A stretch of 64,000 nt of DNA from a virus. The DNA lies in the IMG/VR virus record IMGVR_UViG_3300004369_000001, positions 32,001-96,000 of that record. The stretch is one strand, 5' to 3'. The notes under the pieces are model-generated. The model did no database searches. It was given only the letters and a program-made list of their open reading frames with translations, and was not told the origin of the DNA. The position numbers and the translations under genes were made by a program. This document shows, one piece after another, positions 1 through 8,408 of this stretch (its first letter is position 1; every line of letters starts with the position of its first letter).

Positions 1-3000
1 TTGATTTAGGAATACGTTGTCACCAACCACATAACGCAATTCTTTTGGATCTGACAGGTGAGCATATTCACCACCATATTGGTTGTTGAGACCAGTGAAG
101 GCATAACCTCTTGCATTGTCATACTTAGACTCTAATTCATATTCAAAGTTTTTATTCCAAGCAAACACATTTGCCTCAAAGGTGGCAAATTCACCAACCG
201 CTTCGAGTCTTACTGTGGTATTACCCTGGGTATAATTGATACCTCTGTTGATAATTTCAATACCAATAACCTTACCAGCATCTTCACCAACGGTTGCAAT
301 AGATGCTTTTGCAATTGCACCAAAACCATCACCATTGATAATGACCCTGGGGGCAGTTGTGTAGCGTCTACCAGAGTTAATTGTGGCAATAGACACAATA
401 CGACCATTTAGGACGATTGGTTGTGCCAAAGCACCTTCACCCGAGGTTACAGTGACTTGGGGTAGGGATGTATAACCAGATCCAGGATTCAACAGAGTGA
501 CACTCTGAATTGGACCGCGAATATTTGCAATAGCAGTAGCACCAGCGCCACCACCACCAGTGATTGTGATACTTGGTTGTGAAGTAAATCCACTACCAGC
601 AGATGCCACCAGGATTCTGGTGATTACTCCATTGGTAACCACAGCGGTGCCAGATGCACCTGTGCCACCGCCACCAACAATAGAAATCAGTGGCGAGGAT
701 GTGTAACCACTACCACCATTTGTGACTTCAAAGGATTCAACGCTACCGTTAACGGTAACAGATGCAGACGCGCCAGCTCCACCACCACCTTCAATCAAAA
801 CCACTGGGGGAGCACCAGCATCATAGTTTTGACCAGGATTCAAAACATTGATCCCTGTAAGAGGACCATAGAGAATCGCTTCGGCAGATTTATATGTCCA
901 GATAGAGACACCATTAACCCATGCACCGATAGCACTATTCGGTTTGATCTGTTCTCTCTCCGAGACGGTATTTACCACTCTCGGAATTCTGATCATCTTT
1001 CTCTGGTTACCAGGAATCAGAGCAGATCCAGTGAAGGGTCCAATCTTATAGTTTGGCAGACCAGATGCTGCCACATACACATAGTTATTATTGAAGAAAC
1101 TATTCTGAATATTAGTAGTAAATTCAGTAACAACTTTGTTGATAGATTCTTCTGTAGACTTACCTCTGTTGAGGTCAACAGAAAGAAGGATATTACCAAC
1201 GGGGACAATGGTGCTCGGGGTGTCAATTCTATACGAGAAAGTATAGTCATCAATACGAGAAGACACCAGGAATGTGCCGTTATAGATCACAGGGTTTGCA
1301 CCGTAAATTGTAACGGTATCTTCAACCAACAAACCGTGTGGTTGCTCAGTTGTCACTGTAGCAATCTGCAGAAGACCGCCAGGTTCGATGTTAGCAACCT
1401 GAATCAGTTTCTTGACATTATATAACCAAGATTCCAGTCTTTGCTCACCAGGAGAATCGGATCCCAAGGCAGCAACGTTAAGTTTATCGCCAGGCAGGTA
1501 ATAGGACCCAGTATCATCCAGAATTGTGCCTGCCGCTTCGGCAATACCAAGGACACGCATCTTGACCTGATTGGTCTGACCGAAGTTGGCATAGATGAAG
1601 ATATTTGAGCTAATTTTGGACCCAGGATCCCAATCCTCTACAACACCATTCTTACTTCTGGTGCATTCGATGAATTGGTTAAGAGACTTCTCTTTATACT
1701 GAATCTCCTCATTTTCTTCAATAAAGAAGGTGCCGTTTCTCTCTGGCCATCCAATAGTCGAGTCAACGGTGATAATCTGATCAGTTGTAGTCAGGGGCTC
1801 GACAAGACGAGTGTTATATGGAATCTTAAACTCACCGACCAGAGTTTCCTCAGAAATTACCAATTCATAGATTTCATCATCGCCTTTGATGATGGAAATG
1901 GCGTTTTCCACAAGTGCCGAAGCATACTTAACGTCCTGGTCAACTTCATCGGCATATTGGACGATTTCGGCATCAATTAGGTCTCTGGGGTTACCAGACA
2001 CCACTTGGGTCCTTAGAATGGTGTCTACGACCCATGTAGCTGCCGATGGAGAGATGATTTGATCCTTCGGATATGTAATTTCAACTTCTTCGCCAAAAAG
2101 AATCTTAAAGAGGAATTTGGCACCAAGAGCAGTGCCCTTAGCAAGATAGAAGTCTCTAATATTCTTGATGACTTCGGTTGGATTAACTTTAGTCGGATCA
2201 AGTTGAATTGTGGGCAGATATTGCTTTCTAAACTTCTCAAATAGTTGATAGATGAAAATAGCATCCAGATTTCTAACTACAGACCCAATTGGATGGTTAG
2301 AAATGCGGGTGTCAGATTCCTTTGCAAAGATTTGGTTACCATAACTGTCATATGCGACAGTAGAAGATACACCACGGACAACGCCGTTGAAAGAAGAGGG
2401 CACATAATTTCTACCAGACTCTTCGATTACAAAACCAGTGACTTCATCAAAACCGACATCGACAGATGCCTTAGCAGCACTAGGTTCGGCAATATAGATC
2501 TTTGGCGGGAATTGGGCAGAATATCCCGTGCCAAAGTTGGTGATGTTAATGTCAGTTATCTCACCGTTAAAAATAGTAGCAACAGCAGTGGCTCCACGAC
2601 CACCGATTGGCTCGCCATAGGCATCCTTTCGATCATCGACAATATAGACTGAGGGAGCATCTTCATAACCCTTACCTCCAGTAAGAAGTTCAATATCGGT
2701 CACGGCACCAGAAGCAACCGTAACATCCAGCACTTGAGCACCAATAGGATCAATAATACGGCATCTGGGGGGTGTTGTATATCCACGACCACGGTTAATG
2801 ATGGTCACCGAAGCAAGACCACCATTAGAATCTAAAGAGCACTCTGCCTGGGCGTTAATACCACCATCAGGAGCAGGATCGATATAAACTGTAGGTGGAT
2901 TGGAATATAGTCTGCCAGGAGCAGTAACTTGAATGCTCTCAACATTAAGACGACCCTCAGAGTCGATTGTGGCATCGCTGATCAGTGCCCCACCAGGATT

Positions 3001-4251
3001 CTGGAATGCAATAACTGGAATGAAGTCATATCCAGATCCAGAGTTGGTAATCTTGATACTCGATACCTGACCAGTGGAATCGTCTATTGTGAGGGAGACC
3101 GATGCTTGTCTACCAAACTCATTATTTGGAGAAGTAACAACAGGAATAGGTGGGTTGTATGAACTATAACCCTGACCACCAGCAATCAGTGTGATATCTT
3201 TAATACCACCAACCAAACTGTGAGCACATGCATACTCACCAACAGTATCTGTCTGAATTGTTACTCTAGGGGCAAAATCCAGTCTGTAACCAGATCCACC
3301 TTCTTTTACAAGAATATCACTCAGTTGTCCATTGGTGATATTACAAACAGCGGCACCACCTGCACCAAAAGAAGCGGGCACAAACTCAACTGCTCTGACC
3401 TGCATGGTATCCGAAGATCCCAATGCATACTTCATCACAAGTGTGTCGTAATAAACGTTATATTGCTCAAACGGACGCTGCACAGTGCCCGTGCGGTTTA
3501 CAATCAAACCTACGTCGGAAATGGGAGTGTATGGTTGACCATTAACTCTCAGAGGGTAATACTTAGACTGATCCCACTGAGACAAAGGAATATTGTCCAT
3601 CGTGACAATAACCTTATCGGCAAAACCAACCAAATAGATGATGCTGGTGAAACCCTCGTCATCGCCACCAATCGGAGACCTAGGAGCGGTCTCAAAAATA
3701 ATTTCAGTGCCATCGATGGAATAGTCTGTCCCAGGGATAAGAGTCTTACCATAAACGGACACAATGAGGTGATCTGCCGAAGCAGCAGATACGGGGGTGC
3801 CAAGATAGGTGAGGGGGAATCTCCTCCTAACACCATCAAATTGGAAATATGGATTTTCTAGGAATTGCTTCTTCTTATCGAATTCGTAGGGTGCAATACC
3901 AGGAGTCAGAATTGCATCAGGACCACGAGTTGTATTTTCGTAATATAAGATCTCATTATCGATCATCAGGGTGCCATTGGTCTCCTGATAACCGTTGATG
4001 TCCTCAACGACCACTTCTGCGTCGGACAACCCAACAGATTGCAGCACAGTTGTGCTACTTGTCAAAGAGTCTGACGTGTAGGTATCAACGTCCAACCAAT
4101 ACAGCAAATCATTTAGGATGTTGTATGGTCTGCCAATTTTTTCCTGAGATTTATAATACTCTTGCAGGAAAGCGATAAGTTGTCTGTCTTCCGACTTGAT
4201 AAAGTCAGGAAATTGCTGCTCTACCCTGTCGGAAACTCTTAGATTAGACAT
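1..4251 (-). CDS. gp7: Baseplate wedge initiator gp7-like giant virion protein (runs off the left edge, >1417 aa)
   Basis: Not in the ORF track because no stop falls in the window. ATG at 4251 reads MSNLRVSDRVEQQFPDFIKSEDRQLIAFLQEYYKSQEK, and the same frame at position 1 reads HLSDPKELRYVVGDNVFLNQ. Contains repeated GSGYT..P.V.I.GGGG.GA modules and follows gp6, as in cyanophages. Confidence 0.85.
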   Translation of the reverse strand, partial: MSNLRVSDRVEQQFPDFIKSEDRQLIAFLQEYYKSQEKIGRPYNILNDLLYWLDVDTYTSDSLTSSTTVLQSVGLSDAEVVVEDINGYQETNGTLMIDNEILYYENTTRGPDAILTPGIAPYEFDKKKQFLENPYFQFDGVRRRFPLTYLGTPVSAASADHLIVSVYGKTLIPGTDYSIDGTEIIFETAPRSPIGGDDEGFTSIIYLVGFADKVIVTMDNIPLSQWDQSKYYPLRVNGQPYTPISDVGLIVNRTGTVQRPFEQYNVYYDTLVMKYALGSSDTMQVRAVEFVPASFGAGGAAVCNITNGQLSDILVKEGGSGYRLDFAPRVTIQTDTVGEYACAHSLVGGIKDITLIAGGQGYSSYNPPIPVVTSPNNEFGRQASVSLTIDDSTGQVSSIKITNSGSGYDFIPVIAFQNPGGALISDATIDSEGRLNVESIQVTAPGRLYSNPPTVYIDPAPDGGINAQAECSLDSNGGLASVTIINRGRGYTTPPRCRIIDPIGAQVLDVTVASGAVTDIELLTGGKGYEDAPSVYIVDDRKDAYGEPIGGRGATAVATIFNGEITDINITNFGTGYSAQFPPKIYIAEPSAAKASVDVGFDEVTGFVIEESGRNYVPSSFNGVVRGVSSTVAYDSYGNQIFAKESDTRISNHPIGSVVRNLDAIFIYQLFEKFRKQYLPTIQLDPTKVNPTEVIKNIRDFYLAKGTALGAKFLFKILFGEEVEITYPKDQIISPSAATWVVDTILRTQVVSGNPRDLIDAEIVQYADEVDQDVKYASALVENAISIIKGDDEIYELVISEETLVGEFKIPYNTRLVEPLTTTDQIITVDSTIGWPERNGTFFIEENEEIQYKEKSLNQFIECTRSKNGVVEDWDPGSKISSNIFIYANFGQTNQVKMRVLGIAEAAGTILDDTGSYYLPGDKLNVAALGSDSPGEQRLESWLYNVKKLIQVANIEPGGLLQIATVTTEQPHGLLVEDTVTIYGANPVIYNGTFLVSSRIDDYTFSYRIDTPSTIVPVGNILLSVDLNRGKSTEESINKVVTEFTTNIQNSFFNNNYVYVAASGLPNYKIGPFTGSALIPGNQRKMIRIPRVVNTVSEREQIKPNSAIGAWVNGVSIWTYKSAEAILYGPLTGINVLNPGQNYDAGAPPVVLIEGGGGAGASASVTVNGSVESFEVTNGGSGYTSSPLISIVGGGGTGASGTAVVTNGVITRILVASAGSGFTSQPSITITGGGGAGATAIANIRGPIQSVTLLNPGSGYTSLPQVTVTSGEGALAQPIVLNGRIVSIATINSGRRYTTAPRVIINGDGFGAIAKASIATVGEDAGKVIGIEIINRGINYTQGNTTVRLEAVGEFATFEANVFAWNKNFEYELESKYDNARGYAFTGLNNQYGGEYAHLSDPKELRYVVGDNVFLNQ

Positions 4252-4255
4252 ATTC

Positions 4256-6337
4256 TCAGAAGCACTCGTCTAACTCGGGATACTGGAAAGTATCGGTGGG
4301 ATAATCAATGATATTTATTAGTGATGTGCCACCGCCAAAATTGAATCCATTGAAGTTATTTGGATCGAAAGATGGGATGGTAATATCGCTCACAGTGAAG
4401 TCAATTGGATTGACTTGTGGATTTAGAATGGTTGGATCTGTGCCAGGAGGCACGTTTAGGGATCCACCAGCAGGGTAAACCACAACTGGCACTCTTTGAG
4501 TGTCATCTGGAGTCAAAGCAATATTCAGAGGACCAACACAAACGATACCGTTTGTATAATCCACTGTGCCTACATTATTATTCAAAATTACTTCTTGCTC
4601 GTCTCTGACGGTGACAAGGATCATCCTTCCTCTGCCATCATCACGCAAGTTAACTGGGACGAGTGTTTGTGTTTGCTCCAGGCTGCTAAATGCAGGTGTC
4701 TGGATAAGTCCAGTGGTTACACCTGCCGCTACGAGGTCTTCAGTGTATCCAGTGGCATAGAATGTGCCAGATTTCACAACCGAGAAGGAAGGTAAGCAAC
4801 TTCCGCCATTTCCACCACCATCAGGTCCACCAGCGTAATCATCTGGGTTATAAAGAGCATTACCGAAGTCTAGGCACTGGTTAAATACCTGACCAAAATT
4901 GAAGTCGGTCAAGTTTTGACCCAGAGCAACTTGGGTTGTGTTGCCAGAGATGGACGGGTCGGAATTGTCGATCACAGCACCAAGTTTGGATGCCTCAATT
5001 CTTCCACCGTAACGGTTGGATGTGTTTTGTCTATTGTAGTTGTCAATATTCTTTAAGATCTTAGTTGCAAGATCATTTGAATTCAGATTCGTGTTATTGC
5101 CGTTGTAGTAAACATAGGTCTTAGGCAAGACGTAGAATACCTTCGGATCGATAACTTCAACACCAATGGAAGCAACGGCATATGCCTTGAGTTGATTCTT
5201 CAGTTTTGTTTTGGTTGTTTCATTAAGTGCAGATCCAGTTTGGGGTCTGACAGCAATATAGACCTTGCCGTAGATTGGTGGGTTTAGTCTTTCTCCACCA
5301 TAAGCAACAACACTCTTCGCCTGGGGATAGAGTTGTCTTACAATATTTTCATAATCCAACTCTGTAACAGCTCTGTTTTGAGTTGTATACAGTCTGGGAG
5401 CATTGTATTTGATCGACAGGGGAGTTTCTCTAGGCGTGCCGTCCCCAGCAGTCCTGACCGTGATGGTTTCGATCTGGGAAGATGCAATGACTCTACCTTG
5501 AGAATCGGTTGCTGTGCCAATGAATGTAAAGTCTCTGGAACCGTTTGCTTCTTCTCCTGCGGTCCTCACATAGTCAATTTTTACAAATTCGCCGTCGATC
5601 AATCTACGACCCAACACGCCATCACCAAAGACAAGGCGATACCTAAGGTCATCTACCTCTTCTAGGAAGTAAATACGGGAGTTTGAGTCCAAAGCAACTG
5701 CGTTGGTTGCTCTATTGTAGATGTCGATCTCACTTGATTGAATGGAAGGAGAGACATAAACAATCATTCTCTCGGTGTCAACATCTTCACTAGGAATAAC
5801 ATAATTTTGTGTCTTTGTGTTATTGACTGTGAATGAGTATGTTAAGAGATTGCCTTGATAAACTGGAATGCACTTAAACGAAGCAATACCAGTCTGTTGA
5901 TCAACAGAAGCAGTTTGTTGTGTGAGCAGGGTGAAAATATAGTTTTCGTTGACCGTCTCTGCAACGAAAGAATCGCCCTTTCTAATATTTACAAAGTCTG
6001 GAAAGGTCAGTCCATCGGATCCAATGTTTGTCTGGATATTGACAGTGACCTCTGCCATTGCGGCTTTGATGGAACGAGGTGTATAGTTAAGTTGCTTCGC
6101 AATTTTAACGATATTGTCTCTTACAGTAGCAGTCTCAAGGAATGCTTCATTCAAAGCCATGTTGGCATTGAATGCTGTATAGTAGGTATTATATGCTAGG
6201 ATATCGAGCAGATATGAAGCAGCAGATCCCTCAAAATCGTAGTCGGTAAATTCACTACGAGTTCTTAGGTAGGATCTAATAGACTCTTTAATTTCAAAAA
6301 AGTCTAAAGACGTTACTTCTGAGGGAATCGCTGACAT
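4256..6337 (-). CDS. gp6: Baseplate wedge subunit gp6
   Basis: LDFFEIKESIRSYLR..EFTDYDFEGS..LLDILAYNTYYTAFNANM..EAFL and TQNRAVT..DY motifs; lies between gp25 and gp7. Confidence 0.95.
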   Translation of the reverse strand: MSAIPSEVTSLDFFEIKESIRSYLRTRSEFTDYDFEGSAASYLLDILAYNTYYTAFNANMALNEAFLETATVRDNIVKIAKQLNYTPRSIKAAMAEVTVNIQTNIGSDGLTFPDFVNIRKGDSFVAETVNENYIFTLLTQQTASVDQQTGIASFKCIPVYQGNLLTYSFTVNNTKTQNYVIPSEDVDTERMIVYVSPSIQSSEIDIYNRATNAVALDSNSRIYFLEEVDDLRYRLVFGDGVLGRRLIDGEFVKIDYVRTAGEEANGSRDFTFIGTATDSQGRVIASSQIETITVRTAGDGTPRETPLSIKYNAPRLYTTQNRAVTELDYENIVRQLYPQAKSVVAYGGERLNPPIYGKVYIAVRPQTGSALNETTKTKLKNQLKAYAVASIGVEVIDPKVFYVLPKTYVYYNGNNTNLNSNDLATKILKNIDNYNRQNTSNRYGGRIEASKLGAVIDNSDPSISGNTTQVALGQNLTDFNFGQVFNQCLDFGNALYNPDDYAGGPDGGGNGGSCLPSFSVVKSGTFYATGYTEDLVAAGVTTGLIQTPAFSSLEQTQTLVPVNLRDDGRGRMILVTVRDEQEVILNNNVGTVDYTNGIVCVGPLNIALTPDDTQRVPVVVYPAGGSLNVPPGTDPTILNPQVNPIDFTVSDITIPSFDPNNFNGFNFGGGTSLINIIDYPTDTFQYPELDECF

Positions 6338-6747
6338 TAGGCTTTCTCCAGCACGAAATCTACTTCCTTAACAATTTGCTCTCCTATAATTGAGTATCTC
6401 ACTGTGACCTCAATCTCATTTGTGTCATAACCATCTCGGACATCGACCCCCTTTACGGAGATTCTAGGTTCGAGTTTATTGAGCGTAGAGTAGATCTCGT
6501 CTTTGATCGCTTCCCCAGTAAAAACATCATATGGATCAAAAAGAAGAGCAGTTACTCTAGACCCAACATTATTTTGAAACGGTCGCTCTCCAACTGCAGT
6601 TTTAACCAGATTCATTACAGATTGCTTGATAGCATTATCATTCTTAACTGCACCAAAATCACGACTATTGGGATTGGCGTTAAACGTCATGTTAAAATCC
6701 CGATAGCCGCGACTTATGTTTTTATCTGACTTAAACTTGTAGGGCAT
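6337..6747 (-). CDS. gp25: Baseplate wedge subunit gp25
   Basis: AIKQSVMNLVKTAVGERPF..GS..LEPRI motif. ATG at 6747 overlaps the upstream stop (TAATG); TTG at 6756 is an alternative start. Confidence 0.93.
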   Translation of the reverse strand: MPYKFKSDKNISRGYRDFNMTFNANPNSRDFGAVKNDNAIKQSVMNLVKTAVGERPFQNNVGSRVTALLFDPYDVFTGEAIKDEIYSTLNKLEPRISVKGVDVRDGYDTNEIEVTVRYSIIGEQIVKEVDFVLEKA

Positions 6748-6938
6748 TAGTGCCAACGCTCAACGAAATCGTCAAACCCGTTTTTACCACCACACCATCT
6801 CGAATTACGATCACCAGGCGGATCGTTTGGGTGCTTACGCACTTTACCAAGGTATTTATCACTTCTGGGATCGGTGATTAAAACCATTCCTGACGAGATG
6901 AATTCCTTACCTTGATCTGGAATTGGGTGATTAGCCAT
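6747..6938 (-). CDS. Conserved cyanophage hypothetical protein
   Basis: MANHPIPDQGKEFISSGMVLITDPRSD..; GGAGAG Shine-Dalgarno before ATG 6938. Confidence 0.75.
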   Translation of the reverse strand: MANHPIPDQGKEFISSGMVLITDPRSDKYLGKVRKHPNDPPGDRNSRWCGGKNGFDDFVERWH

Positions 6939-6958
6939 CTGTCTCTCCATAAAGGGTC

Positions 6959-6990
6959 AACAGAACTTTTATAGTGGTTGCTATCACTAC
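6959..6990 (-). ncRNA. Candidate H-type pseudoknot in a 5' leader
   Basis: GUAGUG-AUAGCAAC-CACUAU-AAAAGUU-CUGUU: P1 UAGUG/CACUA, P2 AUAG/CUGU; starts just downstream of a late promoter. Confidence 0.45.
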
Positions 6991-6993
6991 GAT

Positions 6994-7521
6994 TTATTTA
7001 TAGTCCCACCGCCAATGGTTGTTTGGTTTCTCCCACCAAAAATGTAAATCTGTCATATAGTCATCATAATACAAAGACACAAAGTCGCTTTTGAATTTGC
7101 TACTCATGTTTTCACACAAAGCGACTGTGTAGATATTATGCTCCTGGACAAACTGCTTCATCGAGTCAGTAATCCACTTGTAATTGCTTCCACGGATTAC
7201 TCCTGCTTCAATAAGCACAAACTGATCCCAGTCCAATACCCACTCTGCAAAATTGATTTCAAACTGGACTCTATATGGACCTGCTTGCTCATCTGGGAAG
7301 GGGACATTAACTGCTTCAATATGATAAATCTCCCCATCCACACTCAGGGCATGTGACAGGTGTTGAGTCACAATTCCTGAATAGTCTGGGGAGACGCACA
7401 AAAAGCAGGTCCTACTCGGATGAATATCTGGTTTAGAGACTTGTATTTTATATACTAGCTCTTCAATGAGTGCTAACTCTTGGTCTCTACTGATATAGAG
7501 TAGGTCTCTGCCGTTTGTCAT
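6994..7521 (-). CDS. Type I phosphoribosyltransferase-fold protein
   Basis: FVLIEAGVIRGSNY resembles a degenerate PRPP-binding loop; C-terminal FWWE. Confidence 0.55.
   Translation of the reverse strand: MTNGRDLLYISRDQELALIEELVYKIQVSKPDIHPSRTCFLCVSPDYSGIVTQHLSHALSVDGEIYHIEAVNVPFPDEQAGPYRVQFEINFAEWVLDWDQFVLIEAGVIRGSNYKWITDSMKQFVQEHNIYTVALCENMSSKFKSDFVSLYYDDYMTDLHFWWEKPNNHWRWDYK
6995..7002 (-). promoter_or_regulatory. T4-type late promoter TATAAATA
   Basis: Exact consensus upstream of the gp25-gp6-gp7 operon. Confidence 0.8.
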
Positions 7522-7522
7522 G

Positions 7523-7699
7523 TCAAAAAAGGTTGAGTTGGTCTTCTAGATTTTTCCACGTTGGTGGATGGAAGTTGCAATATTCATTGAATGTAATTTT
7601 CATTTCTTTGTGGCTCAAACCACAATGGGATGCTGCTTTGGGCAAATTCCATTTTGCTTCAAAGAGCATCTCCATCGACTTACGGGTTTCTGGTCTCAT
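7523..7699 (-). CDS. Conserved cyanophage small protein (58 aa)
   Basis: Read manually: MRPETRKSMEMLFEAKWNLPKAASHCGLSHKEMKITFNEYCNFHPP..; abuts its neighbours. Confidence 0.75.
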   Translation of the reverse strand: MRPETRKSMEMLFEAKWNLPKAASHCGLSHKEMKITFNEYCNFHPPTWKNLEDQLNLF

Positions 7700-7846
7700 T
7701 TAGCGCCCTTGACCACGATAACGTTTTTTACGTCCATTGCGTGACGATGCTCCAAGGTGAGTATTCTTGCTGCGACCTTGACGAGTCTTCTTCGGGGGAC
7801 CTTCGGTGTAATTGGATCGAACCAGTCCGACTTTTGCTTTTGCCAT
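7700..7846 (-). CDS. Small highly basic protein (48 aa)
   Basis: Read manually: MAKAKVGLVRSNYTEGPPKKTRQGRSKNTHLGASSRNGRKKRYRGQGR; GAGG Shine-Dalgarno and its own promoter. Confidence 0.75.
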   Translation of the reverse strand: MAKAKVGLVRSNYTEGPPKKTRQGRSKNTHLGASSRNGRKKRYRGQGR

Positions 7847-7869
7847 GAGTGACCTCAAACTACCTTGTA

Positions 7870-7898
7870 ATTATACATCATCCAGACCAGACTGTCAT
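7870..7898 (-). promoter_or_regulatory. Sigma70-like promoter
   Basis: ATGACA-N17-TATAAT. Confidence 0.6.
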
Positions 7899-8408
7899 CG
7901 ACCCATATGCAACAACACTGCTGCAGGGATATGACCATCCTGGGAATCCAACGCCCAATGGATCAAGAATTCTTATCACAAGCCTCTTCAGGGCAAACGT
8001 GAAGAGAGTGGTCGGATATGCCGTCCTAGAGTGTCCAACGCCCTTATCCTCTAGAGTTAGCACAGAGCATGGAATAGGGGTCGGCACGGGGCACACAGCG
8101 TTGCCACAGGGGCACATATAGATGATAATGTTAGTGCAGGTGCTCGGGTGTGGAATAAACTTATCTCCTGCCAGCATGATTGGGAATCCATGCACCAAAA
8201 CAGTTGCCCTATCTGGTGTGATTGGGAAAATCGGTATTAGATTCAAAGGTGGCCACCAACAGGAATATTCTTTGATACGAATAGTCCTAGGTTTTGGTGG
8301 TGTCTTACATGGTTGAGTGCTATGGACCACAGGAGGCAAACACAATCCGTGTCCTGAGCAAGGAAGACCATTTAATGCTGCAACTGGTTTTACTAATCCG
8401 AATGGCAT
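7878..8408 (-). CDS. PAAR-like spike tip protein (gp5.4-like), Cys-rich
   Basis: CSGHG, TVLVHGFPIMLAGDKFIPHP, GHSR and VVAYGSMTV motifs; true start probably MPFGL at 8408 (TAATG overlap). Confidence 0.7.
   Translation of the reverse strand: MPFGLVKPVAALNGLPCSGHGLCLPPVVHSTQPCKTPPKPRTIRIKEYSCWWPPLNLIPIFPITPDRATVLVHGFPIMLAGDKFIPHPSTCTNIIIYMCPCGNAVCPVPTPIPCSVLTLEDKGVGHSRTAYPTTLFTFALKRLVIRILDPLGVGFPGWSYPCSSVVAYGSMTVWSG

Noticed and set aside
829-3861. Plus-strand ORFs and short minus-strand ORFs in the track over 1-4.2 kb
   Set aside because: Shadows of the long gp7 frame; the same applies to most plus-strand ORFs except gp48 and gp53.
6959-6990. Definitive preQ1-I riboswitch call
   Set aside because: Lacks the conserved U after P1 and no queuosine genes are nearby; kept only as a candidate pseudoknot.
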